DNA from: Yuukianura sp. NJ FZ-2021
Taxonomy: Eukaryota
Direction: 5' to 3'
Assembly (NCBI GenBank): GCA_046563655.1
Contig: CM102290.1
Span: 10,912,001 to 10,976,000 of the forward strand
Length of the DNA stretch: 64,000 bases
Below are positions 1 through 18,498 of this stretch, piece after piece (position 1 is the stretch's first letter; every line of letters starts with the position of its first letter). Under the pieces are notes generated by a model. The model did not search any database, was not told where the DNA came from, and saw only the letters and a program-made list of their open reading frames with translations. Made by a program: the position numbers and the translations under genes.

Positions 1-319
1 CAACTTCTGTTGTCTGAACTTTTGATTAACAATTGGCACTTGGAATGGATTTAACTAAATATTAAGTTTGGATTTGGCTCAGCTCATGGTTTATTCTGGT
101 TATAGGCAGAACTAAACCGCATGAGTGGCAGATTTTGAGACTGCTGGACTGCTGGAGGGGACAAGGTCAGAGACGGGGTCAAGAGTGTCATGAAGCGTCA
201 TGGAAATGAATAACCTTGTCATGTTAGCTTTTGTGTGACCGGTAGGTTAACGTAACATGGGGATTTTGGATTTATTTTTGTGACAAGGAATATGAGTCAA
301 GGGAAATCAATGGCTCTGT

Positions 320-332
320 TGACCTCTGACCT
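320..332 (-). promoter_or_regulatory. Nuclear-receptor DR1 element
   Basis: TGACCTcTGACCT (perfect AGGTCA-n-AGGTCA on the minus strand). Confidence 0.45.
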
Positions 333-2959
333 GTCTCCGGGATCTGCTGTGACTTCCACTTGGTTAGGTTAGATTGTCATTTGTATTCTGGGGAATAGTG
401 ACAGATGAGAAACTTACCTGGGAATCTAATTAGGACGGAAAAGTTTTCTCTTTGCCTCTGAGGCATAGTTTAGGTTAGGCAGGAGACTGAGAAAGCAAAA
501 TTTTGGAACGTTAATCAAGTTATTTCTTCGTATTTGTGAGGGAGTTGACGAACAACGAACGAACCTTGGAAGAAAGTTACGAGCAAAGTGGAAAGTTGTG
601 GAGAAAAGGATTCGAGTTAATTTTGGGATTTTGGACGCTATTGTTTTTGTTTTTTTGCCTTTTTTAGTTTTATTTTTTTGAAAAGTTTTGTTCTTGTGGG
701 AGTTATGTAGTTCTGGTGTCCTTTTTGGAACTCACTTTGGTTGAGCTGAACATGGCTGAAGTTGGTCTATTCAGAGGTTCATTTTCTTCTTTTTTGTTGT
801 TGTTTTTTAACTTTTTTTTTTATTTTGGAAAAAAATGTTTGGCGGAGACAAGAGAAAGTTGTGGGAAAAGTGACGTGTTTGGTGTAAAGACTAAAGCAAG
901 AAGAAAGACTTTAAGAAGTTTGTAAAGAGATTCAAAGGAAAGGCGTAAATTAGGAAAAAGACAAGTTCACTTGAAGTGATTTAGGTTTTTCTTAACTTTT
1001 TTTCTGAAAAAGAAAAAACACGAATAATGGAAGATTTGAAAACTTTTTTTTGTAAGTTTTTTTTTCTTTTTTTTTAAAGGGATTTTACAGATAGTTGTCA
1101 CACGCGTTGACCTCCAATGTGGAAACTGGAGCGTTTTCGCGGTAACTTTTTTTTGTCTTTTATGTTTATTGTGTTTATGCCATTGAACTTTGCAGTAGTG
1201 GAGAAATTTAGTGTGTGAGATTGCACTGATGACTGCTTATGTGCTGGAGAAAATAAAACTTGGCGTGTCATGAAATTTTTTTTTTCAAAATTTTTGTTGG
1301 TGGTAGTTTAGTTGTGTTTTCTCAGAGGCGACAAAACGGGATGACGTTTTTCGAGTTTCTTGAAAGAAATAGTTTGGGCGGGATTGGTTTATAGCCTGGG
1401 GCTGAGTTGAATCGATGACGGCGACGAGACGTTCAAATCGATACGAGATGCGACGAAAAACACTTGGAAAATTTTTGAAGTCGAAAGTGAATCTGAGCTT
1501 GGTTTTTGCAAATTTTTAGGCTTGAAACGTTTTTGAGAAAAAAAAATAAGGCCGAAAAGTCGAAAAAAAAAAGAATTGATAATTTTGTAATGAGAGCAAC
1601 AGGGTCATTTTTTGAAATTGGAAAATGGGAGTAATGAGGTTGACCTCGATTGGTTTGTTGATTTTTTGTGTAAGTGATTTTTTCGACTAAAAATATGCAG
1701 CATGTGTGGAGTGATTTTACACTGAAATATGTGTACTTAAGTGATTTTACACGAAATTGTGTGTGTAGGTTTTTACACTATAATGAGTGTTTCAGTTGGG
1801 ATGAACTGATTTTGGAAATGGTTGTGGTTGGTGGTGGTAGAGTTTGCGTGAATCGTTTAAGTGAAAAGAAGTTAATTGATTTTGATTTTGAAAAATGATT
1901 CGTTTTTTCATGTGTGTGAAATAGTTCAAAGCGTGAAGAGAAATAAATTTGGAGAGGGAAAAGTGTTTATGTTTTGGGTTGGATGGATTGTGTGGTATGT
2001 TTTCATCTGTGACGTGTGATTGGGATAGTTATGCAGGTAGGGTGGTAAAGTGGGTAATTGACGGGTTGCCCGCCCTTGAACCCACTCCCACCCCGCCCCC
2101 ACCAAAAAGCCCCACCAAGTGTAGGAGCCAAAGACCAAGAACAGGAGAATGATTTGTTGGCTGTAAACTGCGACTTGGAGGCCCTTGGACCATTCCTGGA
2201 CGTCTATGGACGGTAACTTATGGACCGCCTTGCGTCGTCGGTCTAATATGGAGGGTACTATGGTGAACGGACAGAAATTCCAAAAATTGTCTGGCATAGA
2301 GTTGAAGATACCACGGTCCGTAGGTGACCGTCCGGAAGTATCTGGTTACGTGCTGAGAGATCGTCAGAGGCAAAGTTCCTGGAGGGGACGTTGAACGTTG
2401 TGTAGGAAAAAATAACCACTTTCGCATTTCCGTTTTAAGTTTTTTGTACTCCACGGTAGATGCGTAGAGCTGCTTTTGGTACTTTTTGACATGATAGGTT
2501 TGTGCAATCGGGATCCTCCCAAATGTTAATCTGCGAAGCGTAAGTTTGGAGTGTCCTGCTGGCAGGGAATTGAACCGGAGAGTGAAGTTTTTAATGTCAT
2601 TTGGGCACCATTGTACTCTGGAATTTGAAAAATTGCGCCATGGAGATGACAGATGAACTTTAAATTGCATCGGGAGAGTGCTTGTGGGAGAGCTAAAAGG
2701 AGTGGTCGGGTAGTGTTGTTTTAATTTTCTGGAAATTTATGACTGGTCATTGAGCCGCGTGTGCAATAAAAAGAGGACGCGGTGCACGAGTCTAGAATGG
2801 TGGAATTTAGGGTTTTTGAATTTTGGCGCTGGAACTAAGGTGGAAGGGCATAAAATGAACGGTGACAGGTTATTACTCTTTTAACACCAAGCTGGAACGC
2901 TTTGTTCTTGAAACTACTAAACTCCAATGTGCCTGGAATACAACAAATGGGGGAGTATG

Positions 2960-3081
2960 TAATATTACTAGTATATATAAATATGTGTATGGAATGTATA
3001 ATATTACTCGTGTACATAAATATGTGTATGGAATATAATAATTTTACTAGTATATAAAAATATGTATATGGAATTACATAA
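2960..3081. repeat. ~39-bp minisatellite, 3 copies
   Basis: TAATATTACTAGTATATATAAATATGTGTATGGAATRTA repeated with few changes. Confidence 0.85.
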
Positions 3082-3471
3082 CTCTTTCTGTGTAAGTTTA
3101 GACAAGTGTAGCATGTTTTTAAATTTTAAAGGTCACGTGGCCCATTTGAGGTCCCTGCTTGACTTTAAAATGAAAAATGAAATGGGGAAATGTCACTTCG
3201 AGGCGAGAAATTTGGAGCGTGAAATTAAAAAAAGAATTTCTTTGATGGAACGTAAAGTCATCTTGACATCCTCGAAGAAGTGTTGAAGTGGTTAGTGTTA
3301 AAGAGGAACGTGGGAAACGAGGGAATTTTGGTGCGACTTTATGCAAAAACCAAATCGAAAGGATTTTCGCGGCAATGGATTGGATGTGGATCAGGATTTT
3401 GTTTTTGCACAAGCAGAAAAAAATGGAGTTTAAAAGTTGGCTCGTAGAATAAGGAAGAGTTTTTACTATGA

Positions 3472-3484
3472 GGGTCAGTGACCT
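3472..3484. promoter_or_regulatory. IR1 / ecdysone-response-element-like motif
   Basis: GGGTCAgTGACCT. Confidence 0.45.
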
Positions 3485-6400
3485 CAATTAATAATCATTG
3501 AGAAAGGTTAGGTAAAACAGGCTACTCGTTAACAATTTCCGCTTAAAGTCCATGTTCAACCTCCCCACCACCATTTCCATGCCCACCCTTGTATAGTCTG
3601 GGAAGGTGGGAATTTTGAAACTGAGCTCTTCCGCTGCATTTTTGATGTGACTGGTGATGGACTTATCCGCTGAATCTTGATCTACGATGTTCAATAAATG
3701 TGGAAATATTTTATTAAGTTGCTTTGGAAAAAAAAGAAGATTTTCTGTTTGCAAAGTTTACTTTTTTTTTAATTTGAAAGAAGTTTTGTACGTTGTAAAG
3801 TACGTGTTAAGTTTGAGGTTTAAGGTACATGAATGAGGCGGTGAGAAGTTGCTGGTTTTGTAATGTTTGTAAGTATTCTGCATTCTGGCGACTTGAATTT
3901 CTGTTCTTTGTTAGGTTAGCTTTGTTATGTTGTTGTTTCTTTTGTTGAAACTGTGAGAAAAATAAGAGTCAAGGGACAAAGGGATTCCTTTTAAGGGAAT
4001 TCAGGATTCTTGTTACTGCAAAAAAAAAAAGAGTTGGAAGAGATGAAACTGAAAGTGAAAATGCCACTTTGATCCTGATCCTTCGTTTGGTTATGCTTTT
4101 TTTGAAGGTTTTTGAAGCGGCAAATTTCAAATTGAAGACAACGATATTATTTTTGTGAAGGAATAGACATGTTCCAGATGAAGGTTTTTGCTAAGAAACA
4201 AGAAAGTGACTCATTTTTGTACATTTTTGTAAACACTTGTACTAATGTGTACCTTACCTTGTACTTTTGTAGGTTACGTTGTGTTCTGAGATGTAAGAAA
4301 TTATGTTGTGAATTGTGAAATTAATGGAGTCCTGTAGGCGGGTTTTATTTGAAAAATGGCGGTAGGTTTTTTGAACATTGGAATGATGCTGTCCAGATGA
4401 AGGTTTGTGAAGGAAGTAATTTTTGGTAAGAGTTTCTGCAAATGTGGTTTGATTTCGGTACTAATGTTAGTGATGCTCTACCTTATGCTTAGCTGCAGGC
4501 ATAATTACTATGTTCATTTTGTAAGTTGAAGTTGTGTTCTTTTGCGGGTTTTGTTTGAATGAGTAGATGAATATGCGGTTTTGAAAACGGCGGTAGTTTT
4601 TGAAATGGAAAACAAAGTTGATTCATGATGACTGTAGGATTTGGAATCGAAAAGAGGAAAGAAGAGGTTTTGAACAAAGGATTTTGAAAATCTGATATGA
4701 ATGGGCATGGAAATGTGGTGTGGCGCGAATCTATAGTTTTGTTTTGAATTTGAAATTTTCGAGGACATGTAGGATTTTTGCACTATCTTTCGTTTTGTTT
4801 AAAAAATTTTTTTTTTGAAAAATCTTTATCCCGAGAGTATTGTTTTATCCTTTGTAAATTGATGGATCCAAGTCCTGGAGCCTTTTTTTAAGTACTTTCT
4901 TTGATGTAGCTCTGAATTGAGAAGTTTTTTTTTCTGCAAAAATTTTTTTGGAAAGGATAACTTTCTCCACTTTCACCCCAAGCAGCGTTGACGTGAATTT
5001 TTAAAATTTTATTTTATCGTTTTCGATTTTTTGAGCACATACAAAAGAAAGAAGAAAAGAAAGCTGTTTTGTGCCGTGGAATTAATTCCACGGTTTTTGT
5101 CATTTCCTGGAAACGGTTTTTTTAACTGTAGGCTGTGAATATGTTGAAATCCTAGATACAGGGAAACAGGATCCTGGATGCTGGAAGTGCTCTGGTATTC
5201 TGGAAGGAGAGAGTGATAGAAAGGAAAAGCTCTTAAGGTGATTGCTACTCTTCCGCTTGGTTACACCTTCACAAGTATCATCAGATTCGGATAAAAAATG
5301 GACGACGGTGGAACTAGCGTTCGAACCTTGGAAACTACTTCAATAAAGTTGAGAACACCAAGAACTTACTCGCCTTTGCTGGCAAACTACATTGGAAATT
5401 GAATTGAAGTTGGCAATGGGTTTGTAAAATGGAGGAGAGATCGCTTAAAAGTGACGGGGGATTAAAGAATTGTTGACGGTTTGGTCAATTCATCTTGGTT
5501 CCTTGCCTCTGCAGCTTTGAAGTTTTCAAGGTCAAAGTAATCAGCTGAGCTGAATCAGCGAAGATCGCTGATATTCTGCTCTAGATCATGATCAGTGCCT
5601 ACGTCGAAGTAGGTTACTTAGTGCGAACTTGAACCTAACCTAAAGACTACCGCTGATTGGCTGATGGCAAGGCTTCTGGGGGACGCGGAAGATTGACGCT
5701 CATGATGTTTTCGGACGAATCTCGAGGGATGAGAGATCTGCAAAGGAGGACAAACAAAACAAAGGCTTGGAGTGATTGCATTTTGTGTAGGATTGGATTT
5801 GTGACGTGATCGACTTGTCTTTGTCACATTTTTTGTAGTGACTTGACTTGACCGAAATTGATGTGGTTCGGATTTTTCTGGAAATTGACGGGATCAGATC
5901 GGATTTCATTGTTTTTGAAAAAAAAATATAACGGGTGATTTCGTGTCCGGAGAATTTAGGCGTGGAGGCTAATGGTCGAAATGAATGGAAAAGTCGAGGA
6001 GAATTGGCACATGAAAAGCATTAGGGATTTAAACTCATTTCCACTTCCGGGGTGTGAGGGATATACTGTTCCCGTTGGCAAAAAGGCAATGACAATGATT
6101 TTTCGAAAAACGAAAAAAAAAGTGCACAAAGACAAGAACAATGCCAAAAGTTGATTGTTGGACTGGGTTCAAATGGAGCTTGGAGTTTGTTAAGTTTTGG
6201 AGGACTGTCGTGAATTGTGTTATTTGGGTGTGGGTGTTTTTGGAAGTAATGAGCAAAGTGATGATGATGAATGAGCTCCAATGAGGAAGAAGAATATGGT
6301 ATTATGTACTATTTTTAAATCTGGCGGGGTCAGCGGCACCTTACCATTCTTACCGTGTTAAATAAATTGCAGAAAGAGGATTTTTAGTCCGTTATGTTTA

Positions 6401-8464
6401 TGTTTTGGGTTAAACCGTGCTTCCATTCCCGATATCCTCTTCCGGTGTGAAGAAAAACGCTATTTTTACACCAAATTTTGAAATTTAGTTTGAAGTTTTG
6501 TGCTTTATTTGAGAAGGAAGGTGTGAAAAAGTAGTACGCTAAAAAGCGTATTTTTCTGGAAGTATTCTGCATGGCGGTGGTCACATGGTACAGGGCATGC
6601 AATGTACTCGGGCTAACTGCTTAATAAACTCTCCTGGCGAAAACGCAATTTTGAAAAATTTGGATTTGCGTTTTTGATTTTTTAAAAAAATGTTTCAACT
6701 TTTGGTTTTATTTTATAACCTACTTCGGTTATCGCAAACCCACTTCGGAATAAGTGGGGCGTTTTTTTCTTTTTCCAGTTTCCGTTACAAACAGCTTGCT
6801 AAAGGCTTTGAATTTTTGTTTGTTTTTATCCTTTTTTTTGAAAGTTATAACTGCTTCACAGTTTACTTTTCCTCGTTTTTCGCTTTTTTTCGTTTTTACA
6901 TTTGGTTTGAAATTTGGCGAGAGAGATGAGGCATAAAAGGAAGTGAGAGATGCTGGAAGTTCTTTTGATGCTGTACTCCCTTTGACTCTGATCTGTGAGA
7001 TGCCAAAGGATGAAGATGCCAGAGTTTGTAGAGGGTTGTAGCACATGTTGTCTGGTGCAAGATGAGTCACGTTTGATTTGATGCTGTTAGAGTAATTTGG
7101 ATTGACAGTCCAAAGAGAACTGGAAAGTTAAGAGGATTAAAAGTTAAGTGGAGGAAGATGAACATTTTAATTTGACTCTCACTTAAGTTAGTTTGGGTTA
7201 GGAGGAACACCTATGAGAGGCTTAGAGTGTTGATGATGTCAAAGTAATTAAAAATTGAAAGTAGGAGACTCACAATGTAAATCCAGGAAGTTATTTCGTG
7301 AGCTGGCCCACGAGGAATCAAAGTCTAAGTTTAAGAGGGATCAAAGTCTTTGTCCTTTTGTCGTCTAAGTATTCTCTGCTGTTTAATTAAGTTTAGAAAC
7401 TTTTGAAGGTGTCAAAGGGACGAGTGTGGTCCTTAACCCATGAGAATTTGTACCCATATAGGTTTAAGGGTATACCCATGGGCATGGACTCTGAAGTACC
7501 CATGAGTATATCCAAAGTATTTTGTGTAACTCTTTGGCTTTGGCACGTGGAGAGAAAGTAAGCTTGGTTGGTGGAGGTGGAGGAATGTTGGTTTTGAGGT
7601 TTACTAGATGGTTAGGCTAGGTTTTGAATGTGAGTTGGGTTTCTGTCTCCACTAAAGTTGAATTGTGGGTTTTGGTGGGGCTTATGTGGCCCACTTTTGG
7701 GTTTGGTGGAGTGTTTGGAGAAAGTTGGTTCTTGCAGCCCACGCCACGAGAGGAGAAAGTCATGGGAGCACAGGGGTAATAAACACTTGAACTGGTATTA
7801 GTGTCCTACTGCTCCTGTTTTTCGTCTTCATTCATTGGTGGAAACCCAGGACCTCACTAAGCTGGTCCTGGTGAACTATATTGCTAAATAGGAACCTGAC
7901 ATGACGCCTTTAACGGGGTCACCACTATGCGCTGTTTTTCGTTAAACTAGGGAGGTCACGTTTGGGGAAATGGAAATTGATGGAGTAAAGTGCGGACAGT
8001 CATGGAAGCCTTTTCTCCATTTGTTCAAATAAGAATTTCAATTTTGTCAAATAACTAGTACAATACTAAAAACGTATTTTTTTGGCAAGATGAAAACCCA
8101 ATTTTACAAGAGAAATTCTTCGGCACAAATTTTATATAGCTGATTTAGTTGCTGGTAAATACGGTAAAATATGAAATTTATTAAAGCAAGTGTTTAGCAT
8201 GAAATTTATTATGTAATATTTTGAATATAATTTTGGCTATGGATTATTCACAAAATTTATGGATTGTGAGTGGTTAACGAAATGGAGGAAATGAAATAAA
8301 ATTTTGGTGTTTATTGTTTTGTTTTTGTCTGAAGCAAAAAACATCATGGACGATTTTGCAATTTTGCGAAGTGAAGAAGCTGAAAAGTTTTTGTGACTTG
8401 GTTTTTGTTTCACACAAAGTTTAGATTTTTGGAATGGATTTCGTGCGGAAGGAATTAAGGTTTA

Positions 8465-9362
8465 AGGCCTGTTTATACCGGACCACTGGATGGATTTTCC
8501 TTCCACTGGACTGCAATCCAGTCGTTCACACCAGATTTAATCCGTCTGGATGGATCATCCAGAGAAAGTTGGGGTGGATTTTTTTTCCACTGGACTGGAT
8601 TTCCATCGTTCACACCGAAAAAATCCGTCCATGGAAATTTTTTCCACTGGATTTTCTTGTAATGTTGAGAGATGGGAGAAACGATCCAGACCAAAAGTTC
8701 ACTCAGTTCAACTTTTGGTCTGGATTGATCATCAAATTTGCAGTGTGCCCCAATCACACATGGGACCTTTTGAGACAATAAGCTCGAATGACGAAACTAA
8801 TCTCAAAAGTACAGTTTTTGGAATGTTAATTACTATTTCAAATAATTAATCAAAGTAAATAGGTTGAATTACGCCTAACAACTTATCAACATTTAATTCA
8901 ACCTACTAATACGAGGTTAGCGCTAACCTGAGAGTAACAATTAATCTGTCATGTGCAAGTATTGCTAGTCCTTGTATGTATACTGAAAAAAATGTTCTGG
9001 TATAATTCGTACGTTCTCTGAATCTTCGATATCTCCTGAGTCTTCCATTGTTAACTATTAGTTATTTTGATGTTGTCAGCTGTTGAAAACAGCAATTAAC
9101 TCTTTGTTGACACATTTCAACTTTGAATGGAAAGGCAGGCGCCTTTCTGAAATCCAGGGTGGAAAAACAGCGTTCATACCGCGTCCCTGGATTTTTTTTC
9201 CATGGATGGATTTTCCTTCCAGTGGAAAAAAAATCCATCCATGGAAAAAAAATCCACCCCTCACTTTCCCCAAAATCTGGTATGAACGAGACAAATTTTT
9301 TCCACTGGACTGGACGTCCAGTGGAAGGAAAATCCATCCAGAGCTCCGGTATAAACGGCCCT
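8465..9362. mobile_element. Non-autonomous DNA transposon (MITE), PIF/Harbinger-type
   Basis: Imperfect ~47-bp TIRs (left AGGCCTGTTTATACCGGACCACTGGATGGATTTTCCTTCCACTGGAC; right, reverse-complemented, AGGGCCGTTTATACCGGAGCTCTGGATGGATTTTCCTTCCACTGGAC) flanked by a TTA duplication (8462-8464 and 9363-9365). Many subterminal TGGA/TCCA and CGTTCAYACC motifs; no transposase ORF. Confidence 0.85.
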
Positions 9363-9897
9363 TTAGGGTTTGGAAAAGTCATTCAACTCGTGCCTTTTTG
9401 CCAAAGCGTGCCAAGAATAGTTTTCGTTGAGTGAGGAATGTAGATTTGGATCGTAAAGTTTTTTTTTGGTGGGTTTTGAAGTGTCTAGTCTCTGGTCAAT
9501 CAGATTTCGTCCTTCCGAAGTGGATGTCGCGCCGTGTTTTGTCCATTTCTTGGCTGTTGAACCAAGCAAGGAGGAAGTAAAGAAAAATGGAAGTGGAAAG
9601 TGGATAGGTGATGGGAAAATTGGGTGTTGCAAAAAAGTTGCAATTTCGTGAGAATTGGCGCTAAGGAAGAGTTTGAGTCTCTCGGTTTATTACAAAATGT
9701 GGAAAATGTAACACAGTTAACAATGGGACACTTGCCGAGGGAATTGGACTAATTTTGAATTCTAAAACCCCCTGCTATTGGCCATTTGCTAGGAATTTGC
9801 GGGATATGTGCAGATTTGGCATGTTGCAGAAATGTGCTAAGTTTTAGGCAGTGCGAAATATGTTTAGGACGGTATGTGCATATGGTGGCGAGACTAA

Positions 9898-15122
<5,225 letters not shown>

Positions 15123-18100
15123 TCGATCTCCCTTCCAAAACGTCACCCATGACCAAAGGACTTGGGAGCTACCACACTTCACAAGCAGGTAAAGGAGCAT
15201 TGTCTCACTTTTTCAAAATATTTTGAAATCCATTTTTATATTTTAAGTTTGATTTTGAAGGATTTCATAACGTACTGATCATAGTATGTCATGGAATTCT
15301 TAAAAAAACACACATTGAAACTGGATCCGTTGCAACTTTTCTACTTTTCAAAATTTTATGTTTTTTGAGAAGTAATTTTTGTGTCTTTGAGGAACGCGCC
15401 GCACCCAATAATGTGATAAGATCTTTGGTATTGCATGACTGAGGCGATAGATATGTTTTTTTTGAAGTTTTCTGTACGTTTGAAAGGTTTTTTTTTAAAG
15501 TTAGACACGGGATTCAGCACGGAACCCGAATTTTTGAAACGAGGCTTTAAAGTTACCGAACGCAGTAATTTTGAATTTGCGAAATCTTGAAACCATCATG
15601 TTCATATGAGGTGCATTTTTGAAAATGTGGTAACTTTGTTAACGTACAATACAGAAGTATGCTAGTCTCGGTCTATGGATGAGAATGAGAATGTTTCATG
15701 GATGAATTCGTGTGGAGAATTCGCAAAAAAAAAGTGCATTTTGATTTTGAATAAAATCGAGACCATAGATGGACATGAACATAATATAATTTGAAGCAAT
15801 TTTTCAGTTTGGAAAAAAAAGTGTTTGGAATTGAATTGAAAATTCTTGACGAGAGATGTCCAGCCTTGGACAATTCCTTTGCTGATTTGTCTATTCAAGT
15901 CTCTCATTCTTTCAAAATTAAGTTAAGTTCCTGACTAAATCAGTTGAGCAAAAAAAGAGTCTTTAAGTAATTCTTGTTTTGTGAGGACTTCAAGGTAATT
16001 CCTTTCCTCTTCCTCGTTTCGAAAAGAAACCTGTTGTTGCAGTGTGAAATCATATTCGTGTCATCAATGTGTCCATGTTCAAAAGAGATTCAAATTAGGC
16101 AAAAGTTGGTCCAGCATCCAGCATCCAGCTGCACGGAAGATGCTTGTGATGCATGACCATGTTCTTTAGGGGCCACAAAAGTTGTCATTCATGGGAATTA
16201 ATTCCTTTGTTTTGCTTGTTTTTTTTCTAGATTTTTGAAGAGATCCAGAGGGAATAAAACTGCTGACCAACTAAGGACAAATATACGGACAAGATTTACC
16301 ACCACCATCTATCTCCATTGCCGCCTTTTTTAAAAAAGAAACTGTGAAGCCAACCAACCCATTTTAAGATTCCGTCATTAGCAATTTGCCAAGTGAAGAG
16401 AAGTTTAGAATTTAGTTAGGCCTTGATTTAGTAGCGGAAAAGGACGTGTACTTGACTTCTGTGAGTATATTGTATACGCACGCGCAGCCCCCAGCTAAGG
16501 TCTTTGACGTCGAGCAGTAAGCGAAGGTCGTTGACCTAGCCAGCCTATTATTTTATATTCATTTGTATATTTATAGTTGAGGGAAAATTATATAGGCCTT
16601 GCGAGGGACTTAAGGCCTCAAATCGAAAAAGTTTATAAAAACGTAGAATGTTTTCGGGCGGGAAACTACTTTTCCTTTTTTGTATCAAATGCTTTAGCTT
16701 AAAAATTGTAACACCGCTGGACAACTGCCCTGGAAAACTGGAGGACTTCACTTGGTTGAACTTCCTTTTTAACTTAAACTCTTTCGGTAACTCACTCAAC
16801 ATTGAAAAGGCTGTTGTTAGGCCTAGGAAGTTGGCTGACTAACATTAACGGTTAAGTAATTTTTTAGTGAAAGTTAATTTGAGTGCAGGTCAGTTTTAGG
16901 CAGTGAGGTCAAATGGAGTGGACATTATTGAGACAGCGACACTGGGTCAACTGATGGCTCAGTCGTTCCCTCCATGTCCAAGTATTTGTTAGTTGCTTAG
17001 TAGGGTGAAGAGGTATAAGCAGGTTCAATGGATTTGACGGAATTGGTTCCTGTGTTTTTCTAACGTCTCTTTTTTTTGTTACTTGTGTAATTTATTGGTA
17101 AATTTAGAAAAAAAAAATTAATTAGAACCTGAGTACATGCATGTAGTATGTCAGGAAGAAACCAAAGTAGTGGTTCCGTTGTCGAGAAAGTTTTGTATAC
17201 ACTTTATGTGGAAATTTATGGTGTTTTGACAAGGATTAGTTAAGGTCGAGAATTAATGGTGAATCATGGTTTGACATGATTGAAAACGCTGACTTTATGG
17301 CAGCAAAGGCGAGATGGCTCCGACGCTTGTTCTTTTGTGGAAGGAACGCAGTGTTTTGGACTAAAACTTACTTAAAATTTAAGTACGTTAGGAATGGACA
17401 AAGGACTGAAATCCGTTTTAGAATGTTTAGAAGTGCCGGAGGTGGTAAAGTGTCGTTCTTGTGTCTCGAGTCCTACTACTACTATAACTATTATATAATC
17501 CAAATTATTCAATATACTTATTTAAAGAGGCACAAAATAAAATCCAAGGCCATTTCGCTTCTGTACAGATCAATTTCAGAGAGGAATTGGACCGTTTCCG
17601 TGTTCTGTTTTTGACCTGAATTTGATTAATCCAGAGCGTTGTTTCTTTGAACACGATGTGGAATAAAGGCTTTTTTATTTAGTAGATGGCTGGAGAAAGT
17701 GGATCGCTGAATTCGCTGCGTGTGGGAGATATGGTTTGTTTGGGTTAGGCAAGTCGTTGGGAAGTTCGATGACTCCAAAAAGTGAGGGCGGAGGGGGAAA
17801 AGTGCGTTGCACGCGTGTTGGGTATCGATTTCTTCCTAGCTGAGTTTTCCTTCCTAAAAGTTCTTTGGACTTTCTTCTGGAGGTTCTGGAAGGGTCTGCT
17901 CTGGATATGTTGGATATCTGCTGAGAAGAACCTAATCTAAAAAAATCCAATACTGGAACTGGAAGGGAAAGTGGGAAGAAAGTGTGTGCGGCATGGCTAG
18001 GGGACACTGTGTGTCACAGGAAGTTGTTGGAAACTTCGCATTGAATTCTTCCCAGCTTCCACCATACTCGCCCGCCGCTGCGGCACTGCCACCGCGGTGG

Positions 18101-18498
18101 CACGCAGTTTTTTGACGGAACCTCAACCTTTAAGTTGCCTCCTCTATTCTGAAAAGTCGTAGCTACTTCCTTCTAGCTATTAAGGTTAAGTTCGTTAATA
18201 GTACTTTCCCCTACTCCACTTTCACTCTCGCCTTCACGTTCATTTCTCTTTCCTTCCCTTCCTCCACCCCCGAATGGATTTTTGTACTAGATGAGCTTAG
18301 CGTCATGTCTAGGCTACGCAAGTCTCAGGCTGCGTAGAGTGCGAGTCTCAAATCCAAATAAACAACCAACGAATTTTTTTTTCACGTAAAAGCATTTTAC
18401 TTTACTTTCACTTTTACTGCTGCTCCAGATTATGCTGAAATAAAAATCCCTCATTTTTGGCCAAAGAATTCGGCCGAATTTGGCCAAACGAGTATTTT

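Noticed and set aside
5074..5093. 20-bp perfect palindrome CCGTGGAATTAATTCCACGG
   Set aside because: Isolated; one such palindrome in 64 kb of AT-rich DNA is not clearly beyond chance.
8434..9434. Overlapping ORFs rich in W/F/P on both strands
   Set aside because: They arise from the repeated TGGA/TCCA motifs of the MITE ends; no transposase motifs.
18087..18112. GC palindrome TGCCACCGCGGTGGCA followed by a T-run (terminator or Helitron 3' hairpin)
   Set aside because: Intrinsic terminators do not apply to this genome, there is no CTRR end at Helitron spacing, and a 16-bp palindrome can occur by chance.
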